DNA from: Malacoraja senta
Taxonomy: Eukaryota
DNA: 64,000 nt
Direction of reading: 5' to 3'
Assembly (NCBI GenBank): GCA_038087875.1
Contig: JAXLNO010000073.1
Span: forward strand, 744,001 to 808,000
In this document: positions 28,335-39,394 of the stretch, piece after piece
Layout of the letters: the number at the start of each line of letters is the position of its first letter
Numbering within the stretch: the stretch's first letter is position 1
Translations under genes and position numbers: made by a program
The notes under the pieces: model-generated
What the model saw: the letters and a program-made list of their open reading frames with translations, nothing else
Databases searched by the model: none
Told to the model about the DNA's origin: nothing

Positions 28335-29020
28335 TGACCGCCGTCTCACCGGGATCGTCGAACATCGCCACCTCACCGGGGCCTACACGCCTCGCCGTCT
28401 CACCGGTACCTACACACCTCGCCGCCTCACCGGGGCCTACTCACCTCGCCGCCTCACCGGGGCCTACACACCTCGCCGCCTCACCGGGGCCTACTCACCT
28501 CGCCGCCTCACCGGGGCCTACTCACCTCGCCGCCTCACCGGGACCGTCGAACATCGCCGCCTCACCGGGGCCTACACACCTCCCCGCCTCACTGGGGCCT
28601 ACACACCTCGCCGCCTCACCGGGGCCTACTCACCTCGCCGCCTCACCGGGGCCTACTCACCTCGCCGCCTCACCGGGACCGTCGAACATCGCCGCCTCAC
28701 CGGGGCCTACACACCTCCCCGCCTCACTGGGGCCGTCGAACATCGCCGCCTCACTGGGGCCTACTCACATCGTTGCCGTACCGAGGCCTACTCACCTCGC
28801 CGCCTCACCGGGACCGTCGAACATCGCTGCCTCACCGGGGCCGCCTCACCTCGCCGCCTCACCGGGGCCGTCAAACCTCGCCACCGCACTGGGGCCTACA
28901 CACCTCGCTGCCTCACCGGGACCGCCTCACCTCGCCGCCTCACCGGGGCCGTCGAACATCGCCACCGCACCGGGGCCTACTCACATCGCTGCCTCACCGT
29001 GGCCGTCGAACCTCGCCGCC
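28335..29020 (+). repeat. 27-bp minisatellite inside the Penelope ORF, encoding (AASPGPTHL / AASPGPSNI)n
   Basis: About 25 units of CGCCGCCTCACCGGGGCCTACTCACCT and the variant ..GGGACCGTCGAACAT. Confidence 0.95.
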
Positions 29021-31701
29021 CCACCGACCATCCGCCGACCGGGACCTCCTACGCTTCGCCCGCTGACCCTGGACTCCACTCCCCGCGGGCCTCCACCATC
29101 GGCTCCACCGACCCACGCCACTCCACCGCTCTCTGGCACACCGCAGCCGTCGCCATACCTGAGTCCCAGGCTCAGCTCCGGGCCTGAAGTCCCCACGCTG
29201 CAGACTCTGACATCACGGGGTCTAACTGTGCTGGGTCCTAACCCTATTCCCCCAACACAGGGAACCTCAGTGGCTGTTCCACTGGGTCTTCCCCATCCCC
29301 TCAAACCATGTGTCCTCAGCTCTTCCCCACCCACACTACAGTCCTCATACCCGCCCCCCCTCCTCCCTGACCACCCACCACCCCCCCACCAGACATCGCC
29401 TCGGCCTCAGTCCACCCACCTGCCTTCCCCCGGCCCCAACCCCCATCCCTGCCGGGTGTTCACCATCCCCCCCGACCTCCCACTCTCCGACACCGAACAG
29501 TCTGACCTTGGCAGAGGCCTTACCTTTGTCCCCCTCCGTCCCCACCTCAATGAGTTCCGTGCCCTCCATGACTTGGAGCTCTTCTACCGTCGCCTCCGCC
29601 TCACAGCGTTCTTCCATGGGAAGGAGTCCTCGCCCCCCATTGATGATCCCTTTTCCCGTCTCCAACGCACCCCCTCCTCGTGGACCCCCCATGGCCTTCC
29701 GGCTTTAGAACTTTTTATTCAAAACTGCCGGCGGGACATCAACCCCCTCAACTTCTCCACTCCCCTGTCTCACTCCAATCTCTCCCCCCCTGAACGCACT
29801 GCCATCGACTCACTCCGCAACAACCTAGATTGGGTTATCAAACCCGCCGACAAGGGAGGTGCCGTGGTAGTCTGGCATGTCGATCTCTACAAGGCTGAGG
29901 CCACGCGCCAACTCTCGGACACCTCCTCCTACTTATCCTTGGAGCATGACCCCACTGACGAGCACCAGGCCACTATCTCTAGCACCATCACTGACTTCAT
30001 CCACTCCCACGCCCTGCCCGACCGAGCCTCCAACCTCATCGTTCCCCAGCCCCGCACAGCCCGAGTTTACCTTCTCCCCAAAATCCACAAACCTAACTGT
30101 CCTGGTAGACCCATTGTCTCTGCCTGTTCGTGCCCCACCGAACTCATCTCCACCTACCTCGACTCCATACTAACCCCCCAGGTTAAATCCCTCCTTACCT
30201 ATGTTCATGACACACTCACCCGCTCTTCGTCTACTCTAGGACTTCTGTTTTCTAGGCCCCCATCCCCTCATCTTCACCATGGACGTCCAGTCGCTCTACA
30301 CCTCCATCCCCCACCAGGAGGGTCTCAAAGCCCTCCGTTTCTTCCTCGACCGGAGAACCAACCAATCCCCGTCTACAGATACTCTCCTCCGCCTAGCGGA
30401 GCTGGTCCTTACACTTAATAACTTTTCATTTGACTCCTCCCATTTCCTCCAAATACAAGGCGTAACTATGGGCACGCGCATGGGCCTCTTTGTAGGGTAC
30501 GTCGAACAATCCTTGTTCGAGATGTACCGTGGCCCTATCCCCGACCTCTACCTCCGCTACATCGACGACTGCTTTGGTGCCACCTCCTGCACCCACACAC
30601 AACTGACTGACTTCATCCGCTTCACCACCAACATCCATCCGGCACTCAAATACACCTGGACCATTACCGACACTTCCCTACCATTTCTTGACCTCACTAT
30701 CTCCATCGCAGGTGATAGACTTCTGACCGACATCCACTATAAACCCACTGACTCCCATGGCTATCCGGACTACACTTCTTCCCACCCTGCTTCCTGTAAG
30801 GACTCCATCCCCTACTCCCAATTCCTCCGTCTACGCCGCATCTGCATCCAGGATGAGGTGTTGCACACCAGGGCATCCAAAATGTCCTCATTCTTCAGGG
30901 AACGGGGGTTCCCCTCTTCTACCATAGATGAGGCTCTCACCAGGGTCTCTTCTATACCCCGTGACTCTACTCTCCTTCCCCATCCCACCACTTGTAACAA
31001 GGGCCGAGTCCCCTTGTCCTCACCTTCCACCCCACCAGCCGTCATGTACAATAAATAATCCTCCGTAATTTTCTCCACCTCCAACGTGATCCCACCACAT
31101 GCCACATCTTCCCATCTCACCCCCTGTCTGCTTTCCGCAGAGACCACTCCCTCCAGAACTCCCTGGTCAATTCTTCCCTTCCCACCCCCTCTCCGGGCAA
31201 TTTCCCTTTCAACCGCAAGAAATTCTGCACTTGTCGCTTTACCTCCCCCCTTGACTCCATTCAAGGACCCAAGCAGTCGTTCCTGGTGCGGCAAAGGTTC
31301 ACCTGCACCTCCTCCAACCTCATCTATTGCAACGGCTGCTCTAGATGCCAGCTGCTCTACATCGGTGAGACCAAGCGTAGGCTTGGTGATCGTTTCGCCC
31401 AACACCTCCGCTCGGTCCGCATTAACCAACCTGATCTCCCGGTGACTCAGCACTTCAACTCCCCCTCCCATTCCGAATCCGACCTTCCTGTCCTGGGCCT
31501 CCTCCATGGCCAGAGCGAGCAACACCGGAAATTGGAGGAACAGCACCTCATATTACGCTTGGGGAGTTTACACCCCAGCGGTATGAACATTGACTTCTCC
31601 AATTTCAGGTAGTCCTTACTTTCTCCTCCCCTTCTCAGCTTCCCCTCAGCCCACAGCCCGCCTCCCCCCTCCAACCCTCCTCCCCCCACCCTCACATCAG
31701 T

Positions 31702-31730
31702 CTGAAGAAGAGTTTCAGCCCGAAACGTTG
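31702..31730 (+). ncRNA. Minimal hammerhead-ribozyme-like core in the Penelope terminal repeat
   Basis: CTGAAGA-A-stem II-GAAAC-GTT; such cores are known from Penelope repeats; helix I pairing is not evident. Confidence 0.5.
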
Positions 31731-31874
31731 CCTATTTCCTTCGCTCCATAGATGCTGCCTCACCCACTGAGTTTCTCCAGCATTTTTGTCCACCATTAAC
31801 TCCTTAGTCTTGTCGATGTTGAGCTGCAGGTGATTCAGCCTACACCACTCAGCAAAGTCTACACGTTGGTCACA

Positions 31875-32480
31875 GAGGCTGTTGTGTCTCTGCTGTGGAC
31901 CATGTATCTGCTGTTGTGTCTGTGGTGTGGACCATGTATCTGCTGTTGTGTCTCTGGTGTGGACCTTGTATCTGCTGGACCATGTATCTGCTGTTCTATC
32001 TCTGGTGTGGACCATGTATCTGCTGTTGAATCTCTGGTTTGGACCAGGTATCTGCTGTTGTGTCTCTGGTGTGGACCATGTATCTGCTGGACCAGGTATC
32101 TGCTGTTGTATCTCTGGTGTGGACCATGTATCTGCTGTTGTATCTCTCGTGTGGACCATGTATCTGCTGTTGTATCTCTGGTGTGGACCATGTATCTGCT
32201 GGACCAGGTATCTGCTGTTGTATCTCTGGTGTAGACCATGTATCTGCTGTTGTATCTCTGGTGTGGACCATGTATCTGCTGGACCAGGTATCTGCTGCTG
32301 TATCTCTGGTGTGGACCATGTATCTGCTGGACCATGTATCTGCTGGACCATGTATCTGCTGTTGTATCTCTGGTGTGGACCATGTATCTGCTGGACCAGG
32401 TATCTGCTGTTGTGTCTCTGGTGTGGACCATGTATCTGCTGGACCATGTATCTGCTGTTGTGTCTCTGGTGTGGAACAGG
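31875..32480. repeat. Minisatellite built from two 16-bp modules
   Basis: A=GGACCATGTATCTGCT and B=GTTGTATCTCTGGTGT arranged as AB, AAB and AAAB. Confidence 0.93.
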
Positions 32481-32551
32481 TACCTCAGAAGCTGGCACAG
32501 CCTTGCTCTTAAGATAGATACAAAAAACGCAGGAGTACATCCAGTAACTGG

Positions 32552-32870
32552 GATGGCGCGTTGGCGCAGCGGTAGAGTTGCGGCCTCACAGACACAGAGA
32601 CCCGGGTTTGATCCCGACTGCGGGTGCTGTCTGTACGGAGTTTGTACGTACCCCCCGTGACCTGCGTGGGTTTTCTCCAAGATCTTCGCTTTCCTCCCAC
32701 ACTCCAAAGACGTGCAGGTTCATTGGTTAATTGTCTTGGTGGAAATGTAAATTGTCCCGAGCACGTGTAGGATAGTGTTAATGTGCGGAGATCGGTGGTC
32801 AGCACGGACTCGGTGGGCCGAAGGGCCTGCTTCCGCGATGCGTCTCCAAGGCGGAACTAAACTAAATTAA
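32552..32870 (+). mobile_element. Full-length tRNA-derived V-SINE (HE1-like)
   Basis: A-box TGGCGCAGCGG at 32562, B-box GGTTTGATCCC at 32605, V-domain, CR1-like 3' end GGGCCGAAGGGCCTG, (AAACT)n tail. Confidence 0.88.
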
Positions 32871-33014
32871 ACTCAGCGGGACAGGTAGCATCTCTGGAGA
32901 GAAGGAATGGGTGACGTTTCAGGATCGAGACCTGACTTCAAAACACAGCCTTGAACCAAAATGTCACCCAGTCCTACTCCCCAGAAATCCTGCCTGTCGC
33001 GCTGAGTCACTTGT

Positions 33015-34220
33015 AGAGTCATGGAGTGATGCAGTGTGGAAACAGGCCCTTCGGCCCAACTTGTTAACACCGACCAACATGCCCAGCTACACTAGTCCAT
33101 ATCCCTCCAAACCTGTCCTATCCATGTACCTGTCTAACTGTTTCTTAAATGTTGGGATAATCCCAGCCTCAACTACCTCCTCCGGCAGCTCGTTCCACAC
33201 ACCCACCACCCTTTGTGTGAAAAAGTTACCCCTCGGATTCCTATTAAATCTTTTCCCCTTCACCTCCAGCATTTTGTCTCTATCTTCGGTGTAATCCAGC
33301 ACCTGCAGTTCCTTCCTACAACCAACCTCTTGGATGGCAAGAAGGACTTGGGTTCCTGAGACATCCTGATGCCAGGTGGCTTAGCTGTGATAGGAAAAAT
33401 AATCAGATCAAAAATCATCAAATTGTAGAAAAGTTACACAACAATTTTAATACAGAGAAGTGTGAGGTGTTGCATTTTGGGACATCTAACAGGACCTACA
33501 CTGTGAATAGTAGGCCTCTGGGTAGTGTTGTAGAGCAGAGTACAAGTGCATGGTTCCTTGAAGGTCGAGACGCAGGTAGATAAGGTGGTCAAAAAGACAC
33601 TTTGACACATTGGCCTTCATCAGTCCGAGTATTGAGCACAGAAGCTGGGAGGTCATGTTGCAGTTGTATAAGACGTTGGTGAGACCTCATTTAGAATATT
33701 GTGTTCAGCTCTGGGCACCGTGTAATAGGAAATATATTGCAAGCTGGAAAGGGTTCAGAAAAGATTTATGAGGATGTTGCCAGGACTAGAGGGTGTGAGG
33801 TATAGGGAGAGGTTGAGTAGGCTGGGTCTCTATTCCCAAGAGCGCAGGAGGATGAAGGGTGTACAAAATCATGAGAGGAATTGATCAGGTAGACACACAG
33901 AGATCTCTTGCCCAGAGTAGGGGAATCGAGGACCAGAGGACATAGGTTCAAGGTGAAGGGGAAAAGATTTAATAAGAATCTGAGGGGTAGCATTTTCACA
34001 CAAAGGGTGATGGTTGTGTGGAACGAGCTGCCAGAGGAGGTAGTTGAGGCTGGGACTATCCCAATGTTTAAGAAACAGTTAGACAGGTACATGGATAGGA
34101 CAGGTTTGGAGGGATATGGACCAAGCGCAGGCAGGTGGGACTAGAGTAGCTGGGACATTGATGGCCAGTTTGGGCAAGTTGGGCCGGAGGGCCTGTTTCC
34201 ACACTGTATCACTCTATGAC
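33015..34220. mobile_element. CR1 fragments (33015-33265 minus; 33440-34220 plus)
   Basis: FFTQRVVGVWNELPEEVVEAG motifs in ORFs 33087-33302 and 33908-34144. Confidence 0.88.
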
Positions 34221-34782
34221 TGGGCAAGAGACTGTGCCTCTAGTGACTGACTGATCACTCTTCTATCATCAGGTCCGTCTAATTTAGACTTTGTCGACAT
34301 TTGCAACTTTGTTTAATCTCCTCAATAGTTCTTTTATCCCAAAGAAGTAACTCCAACCCAAATCAGTCTCTCCTTGTACCAAACAGGGGGCGGAAATCCC
34401 AGGGGTGGACAGGGGGGACGACCCCCCCCCCCCCCATAATTTGTAATCCGGATTTTAAAAGACGGTTTAAAAAAAGCTATTAAAAATCTCCGCTTTCAGC
34501 GAGACAGTGGGGGTGGGACTGACGATCGAGGGCGGGCGCCGATTGGACGAGAGAGACGTCGGTCAGCAGGCATTGGGGGGGGTAACATGATGATTCAGCG
34601 CGATGATTGGAGGAGGGAGATGTCCTGGTGGAGCAAAGATCATAGAGCGGAGCTTGAATCGGCCCGTTCGCGTGGCTTTTCATCGCTCGGCGCGGCTTAA
34701 AATCGGCCGCGGGATCTTCCACCGCCTAGCGGTCAAATTGCTGCATCGAGGCGATGGAGGCTCCCGATGTTGAAGCCCCACG

Positions 34783-35396
34783 TGAAAAAGTAACTTTTAT
34801 AACAATCAAAACAGGTTCACTTCTTAATAAACAGACAACTTACAATGCGTTTGGTAGACCAGTTCAAAACTTTACTTATCATCGGCTGATGGAAGTGGTA
34901 AGGAAACCGGAGTCAAGTGAGCAATACTTTCACTTGTCTGTCCTCAGTCCACTTCTCTGAACAACAGAATTACATCGTATTATATAGTGTTTTTTTTGTC
35001 ACCTTAGCACATTCCACAAACATTAGTCATGGTCAGAGGTACAGAGAATACACAGGATACTACAGGATGCATCACATCAAAGCCATCTTGTCATATGGTA
35101 CAAGGACTTTACATATCAAAGTCATCGGACATTTGGTACAAGATATCTTACATATTAAAGGCATTGGCCATTTGTCAATACCCCTTACTGGGATCAATCT
35201 GTTCTTCCTCTCTCGTCAAATGGTAGACAAATGTTATAGTCATTCAATATCTCAATACACAGCAACCTGAGGCAAGCCTAGACTTGCCTTTCTGTATCGA
35301 TCTCCTGGAGAAAAGCCTGCTTTGAGACTAAATATAAGTTGTAAGCTGGCCCAGGAATCCATTTAATATTTTTTTATATTTTTAACATAATTATCA
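34783..35396 (-). repeat. ERV 3' LTR, copy 1 (614 bp)
   Basis: Minus strand TGATAA...TTTTCA; TATA-like CTATATAA (34980-34987) and AGTAAA (34871-34876); preceded by PPT AAAAGGATGGAA (35397-35408). Confidence 0.92.
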
Positions 35397-35427
35397 TTCC
35401 ATCCTTTTATCAAAATGTTGATAACAT

Positions 35428-35853
35428 CTAAAGTCCTTGCCGAGTACATACGAAAGACCATAAGTTTCTCATCAGGCAAATTAATAGTACAACTAGTAAT
35501 ACAATCAATCCATAGTGGACTATAGTTCCCCAAATCGTTCCAAACATATTAAATGGCCACCAGCCTCCGCTGGAGCTATAATCATGGATTTCAGCTCTTA
35601 CCTTCCTTATTTTAGCTACTTCCATTCTGATATGGGCAGCCAAGTTGGTAATGTTGGAGGAAGCATCGGGAATAAAAGTGCAACATTCTCGACCTATTAT
35701 TGCACATGTCCCTCCTTTTTCTGCTAGGATAAACTCGAAGGCCATTCTGTTTTGTAATACTACAGTCCTCATAGCTACCATCTTAGCTGTCACCCCTTCT
35801 ACCTCCTCCTGGGTTGCACTCAAGGACACAGCAGTGGCATTAGCAAGGGCCAT
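35428..35853 (-). pseudogene. env: Retroviral envelope TM subunit ORF, copy 1 (141 aa)
   Basis: Heptad repeat, immunosuppressive domain LQNRMAFEFILAEKGG, CX6CC (CAIIGRECC), hydrophobic helix GLIVLLVVLLICL; cut off from the fusion peptide by an insertion. Confidence 0.9.
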
Positions 35854-35860
35854 ATTAATT

Positions 35861-36483
35861 ACCGACCTGGGGCTCCAGTCGCGGAGCCGGCGGACTTACT
35901 CACCATCGCGGAGCTGGCCGAGTTCGGAACGGGAGGAGCTGTGGTGGCGCGCTGCTGTGGCTGCGGCCCGACCCCGGAGATTCGGAGGCTCCAGCCGCCG
36001 GCCCGGTGGACGGTGACATCGGGAGCTCGCGGGTCCCTGGTGGGAGACCGCTTTTCGGGGCTCCCGCAACGGCAACTTCTCCCACCCGAGTTGCGGGGTT
36101 GAAGATGACTTGGAGCGGGGTCTTACCTCGCCTGGCGCGGCTTTAAATGGCCGCGGGACTTGCTAGCGCCCGTCGGGGGCTCCAACATCAAGACCCGGAG
36201 CGTGGCCTTGCATCGCCCGGCGCGGCTTTAAATGGCCGCGGGACTTGTTTACCATCGCCCGCCGGGGTCTTTGACTTTGACATCGGGGGGAGAATGGGGA
36301 GTGCAGGGGAGAGACAAGACTTTGCCTTCCATCACAGTGAGGAGGAGATTCACTGTGATGGATGTTTGTGTAAATTGTGTTGTGTCTTGGTTCTTTTTAC
36401 TTGTTTGTATTACTGCAGAAACCAAATTTCGTTTGAACTTAGGCTCAAATGACAACAAATAAATTGTATTGTATCATTGTATC
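35861..36483 (+). mobile_element. GC-rich SINE-like insertion in env (second copy at 38328-38949)
   Basis: AATT duplicated on both sides; removing it restores SRELINMALANAT; ends in AATAAA-(ATTGT)n; 13-bp hairpin at 36328-36362. Confidence 0.8.
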
Positions 36484-37249
36484 AATTAGTTCCCGTGATA
36501 CTATTATACTATCATAGGACAGGAAAAGGATCATAAAAATTGCTCAGCCTTCATTAGGCTTTGCTTGGAACTCCCCGTGTGCTGGTGTAACTGGTTCATG
36601 CTTCTCTTGTGTGGCAATGCATATGCAACATAACAATGTCCTGTCACAAACATACTGTTCCCCAAAAATACACCATAGTGCCTTAGTTGTGGCAAAAACA
36701 GGTAGATTTAACTGGCCTTTGCGGATCTCTTACTGTCTGTAGTCGGGGTATCTCTGCTGCGCTTGTCATGTTTGATTCCAATCTTGTTTAAAGGGAGGTG
36801 TGTACCATCCTTTAAATGTGGGTTAGTCCTCAAGTTTGCCATTCTGAAGGAAGTCCAGCCCATGTGGGCCATCCCAGAATAGAAGGAGGGTCAATAGCCC
36901 CCATAATTTGTAATCCGGATTTTAAAAGACGGTTTAAAAAAAGCTATTAAAAATCTCCGCTTTCGGCGAGACAGTGGGGGTGGGACTGACGATCGAGGGC
37001 GGGCGCCGATTGGACGAGAGAGACGTCGGTCAGCAGGCATTGGGGGGGGTAACATGATGATTCAGCGCGATGATTGGAGGAGGGAGATGTCCTGGTGGAG
37101 CAAAGATCATAGAGCGGAGCTTGAATCGGCCCGTTCGCGTGGCTTTTCATCGCTCGGCGCGGCTTAAAATCGGCCGCGGGATCTTCCACCGCCTAGCGGT
37201 CAAATTGCTGCATCGAGGCGATGGAGGCTCCCGATGTTGAAGCCCCACG

Positions 37250-37863
37250 TGAAAAAGTAACTTTTATAACAATCAAAACAGGTTCACTTCTTAATAAACA
37301 GATAACTTACAATGCGTTTGGTAGACCAGTTCAAAACTTTACTTATCATCGGCTGATGGAAGTGGTAAGGAAACCGGAGTCAAGTGAGCAATACTTTCAC
37401 TTGTCTGTCCTCAGTCCACTTCTCTGAACAACAGAATTACATCGTATTATATAGTGTTTTTTTTGTCACCTTAGCACATTCCACAAACATTAGTCATGGT
37501 CAGAGGTACAGAGAATACACAGGATACTACAGGATGCATCACATCAAAGCCATCTTGTCATATGGTACAAGGACTTTACATATCAAAGTCATCGGACATT
37601 TGGTACAAGATATCTTACATATTAAAGGCATTGGCCATTTGTCAATACCCCTTACTGGGATCAATCTGTTCTTCCTCTCTCGTCAAATGGTAGACAAATG
37701 TTATAGTCATTCAATATCTCAATACACAGCAACCTGAGGCAAGCCTAGACTTGCCTTTCTGTATCGATCTCCTGGAGAAAAGCCTGCTTTGAGACTAAAT
37801 ATAAGTTGTAAGCTGGCCCAGGAATCCATTTAATATTTTTTTATATTTTTAACATAATTATCA
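37250..37863 (-). repeat. ERV 3' LTR, copy 2 (from the tandem duplication)
   Basis: Nearly identical to 34783-35396 at an offset of 2467 bp; PPT at 37864-37875. Confidence 0.92.
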
Positions 37864-37894
37864 TTCCATCCTTTTATCAAAATGTTGATAACAT

Positions 37895-38320
37895 CTAAAG
37901 TCCTTGCCGAGTACATACGAAAGACCATAAGTTTCTCATCAGGCAAATTAATAGTACAACTAGTAATACAATCAATCCATAGTGGACTATAGTTCCCCAA
38001 ATCGTTCCAAACATATTAAATGGCCACCAGCCTCCGCTGGAGCTATAATCATGGAATTCAGCTCCCACCTTCCTTATTTTAGCTACTTCCATTCTGATAT
38101 GGGCAGCCAAGTTGGTAATGTTGGAGGAAACATCGGGAATAAAAGTGCAACATTCTCGACCTATTATTGCACATGTCCCTCCTTTTTCTGCTAGGATAAA
38201 CTCTAAGGCCATTCTGTTTTGTAATACTACAGTCCTCATAGCTACCATCTTAGCTGTCACCCCTTCTACCTCCTCCTGGGTTGCACTCAAGGACACAGCA
38301 GTGGCATTAGCAAGGGCCAT
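37895..38320 (-). pseudogene. env: Retroviral envelope TM subunit ORF, copy 2 (141 aa)
   Basis: LQNRMALEFILAEKGGTCAIIGRECC followed by a transmembrane helix. Confidence 0.9.
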
Positions 38321-38949
38321 ATTAATTACCGACCTGGGGCTCCAGTCGCGGAGCCGGCGGACTTACTCACCATCGCGGAGCTGGCCGAGTTCGGAACGGG
38401 AGGAGCTGTGGTGGCGCGCTGCTGTGGCTGCGGCCCGACCCCGGAGATTCGGAGGCTCCAGCCGCCGGCCCGGTGGACGGTGACATCGGGAGCTCGCGGG
38501 TCCCTGGTGGGAGACCGCTTTTCGGGGCTCCCGCAACGGCAACTTCTCCCACCCGAGTTGCGGGGTTGAAGATGACTTGGAGCGGGGTCTTACCTCGCCT
38601 GGCGTGGCTTTAAATGGCCGCGGGACTTGCTAGCGCCCGTCGGGGGCTCCAACATCAAGACCCGGAGCGTGGCCTTGCATCGCCCTGCGCGGCTTTAATG
38701 GCCACGGGACTTGTTCACCATCGCCCGCCGGGGGCTTTGACTTTGACATCGGGGGGAGAATGGGGAGTGCAGGGGAGAGACAAGACTTTGCCTTCCATCA
38801 CAGTGAGGAGGAGATTCACTGTGATGGATGTTTGTGTAAATTGTGTTGTGTCTTGGTTCTTTTTACTTGTTTGTATTACTGCAGAAACCAAATTTCGTTT
38901 GAACTTAGGCTCAAATGACAACAAATAAATTGTATTGTATCATTGTATC

Positions 38950-39370
38950 AATTAGTTCCCGTGACACTATTATACTATCATAGGACAGGAAAAGGATCAT
39001 AAAAATTGCTCAGCCTTCATTAGGCTTTGCTTGGAACTCCCCGTGTGCTGGTGTAACTGGTTCATGCTTCTCTTGTGTGGCAATGCATATGCAACATAAC
39101 AATGTCCTGTCACAAACATACTGTTCCCCAAAAATACACCATAGTGCCTTAGTTGTGGCAAAAACAGGTCGATTTAACTGGCCTTTGCGGATCTCTTACT
39201 GTCTGTAGTCGGGGTATCTCTGCTGCGCTTGTCATGTTTGATTCCAATCTTGTTTAAAGGGAGGTGTGTACCATCCTTTAAATGTGGGTTAGTCCTCAAG
39301 TTTGCCATTCTGAAGGAAGTCCAGCCCATGTGGGCCATCCCAGAATAGAAGGAGGGTCAATAGCCCATTG
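38950..39370 (-). pseudogene. env: Degenerate env SU C-terminus and fusion peptide (also at 36484-36900)
   Basis: Hand translation gives TGHCYVAYALP, a decayed cleavage region SKQSLMKAEQF, then after a frameshift FMILFLSY; most of SU is deleted. Confidence 0.65.
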
Positions 39371-39394
39371 TCCTTTCTTGTTTCCACGAACTGT

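Larger units (their letters stand above)
27682..31790 (+). mobile_element. Near full-length Penelope-like retroelement (RT plus GIY-YIG endonuclease), frameshifted
   Basis: Motifs in order: LGRGLTFVP, IKPADKGGAVVVW, YLLPKIHK, GRPIVS, MDVQSLYTSIP, GVTMGTRMG, YLRYIDDC, YKPTD, SIPYSQFLRLRRIC, NLIYC..C..YIGETKRRL..RF..H; terminal repeat with CTGAAGA..CGAAACGT. Confidence 0.95.

Noticed and set aside
28334..30418. 694-aa Pro/Ser/Thr-rich ORF resembling a mucin-like host protein
   Set aside because: It runs directly into Penelope RT motifs and is part of a frameshifted retroelement.
31875..32480. CRISPR-like regular repeats
   Set aside because: No unique spacers, no cas genes, eukaryotic context; it is a minisatellite.
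32552..32620. Possible tRNA gene (A and B boxes)
   Set aside because: It is followed by a V-domain and LINE-like tail, so it is a SINE head; no complete cloverleaf is evident.
34384..34782. Possible DNA-transposon end (CAGGGG..) forming the ERV's left flank
   Set aside because: No matching terminal inverted repeat or TSD could be located, so it is left unclassified.
35428..35853. Calling the env ORF a syncytin-like fusogen
   Set aside because: No signal peptide, SU mostly deleted, cleavage site decayed, and the fusion peptide is frameshifted and separated by an insertion.
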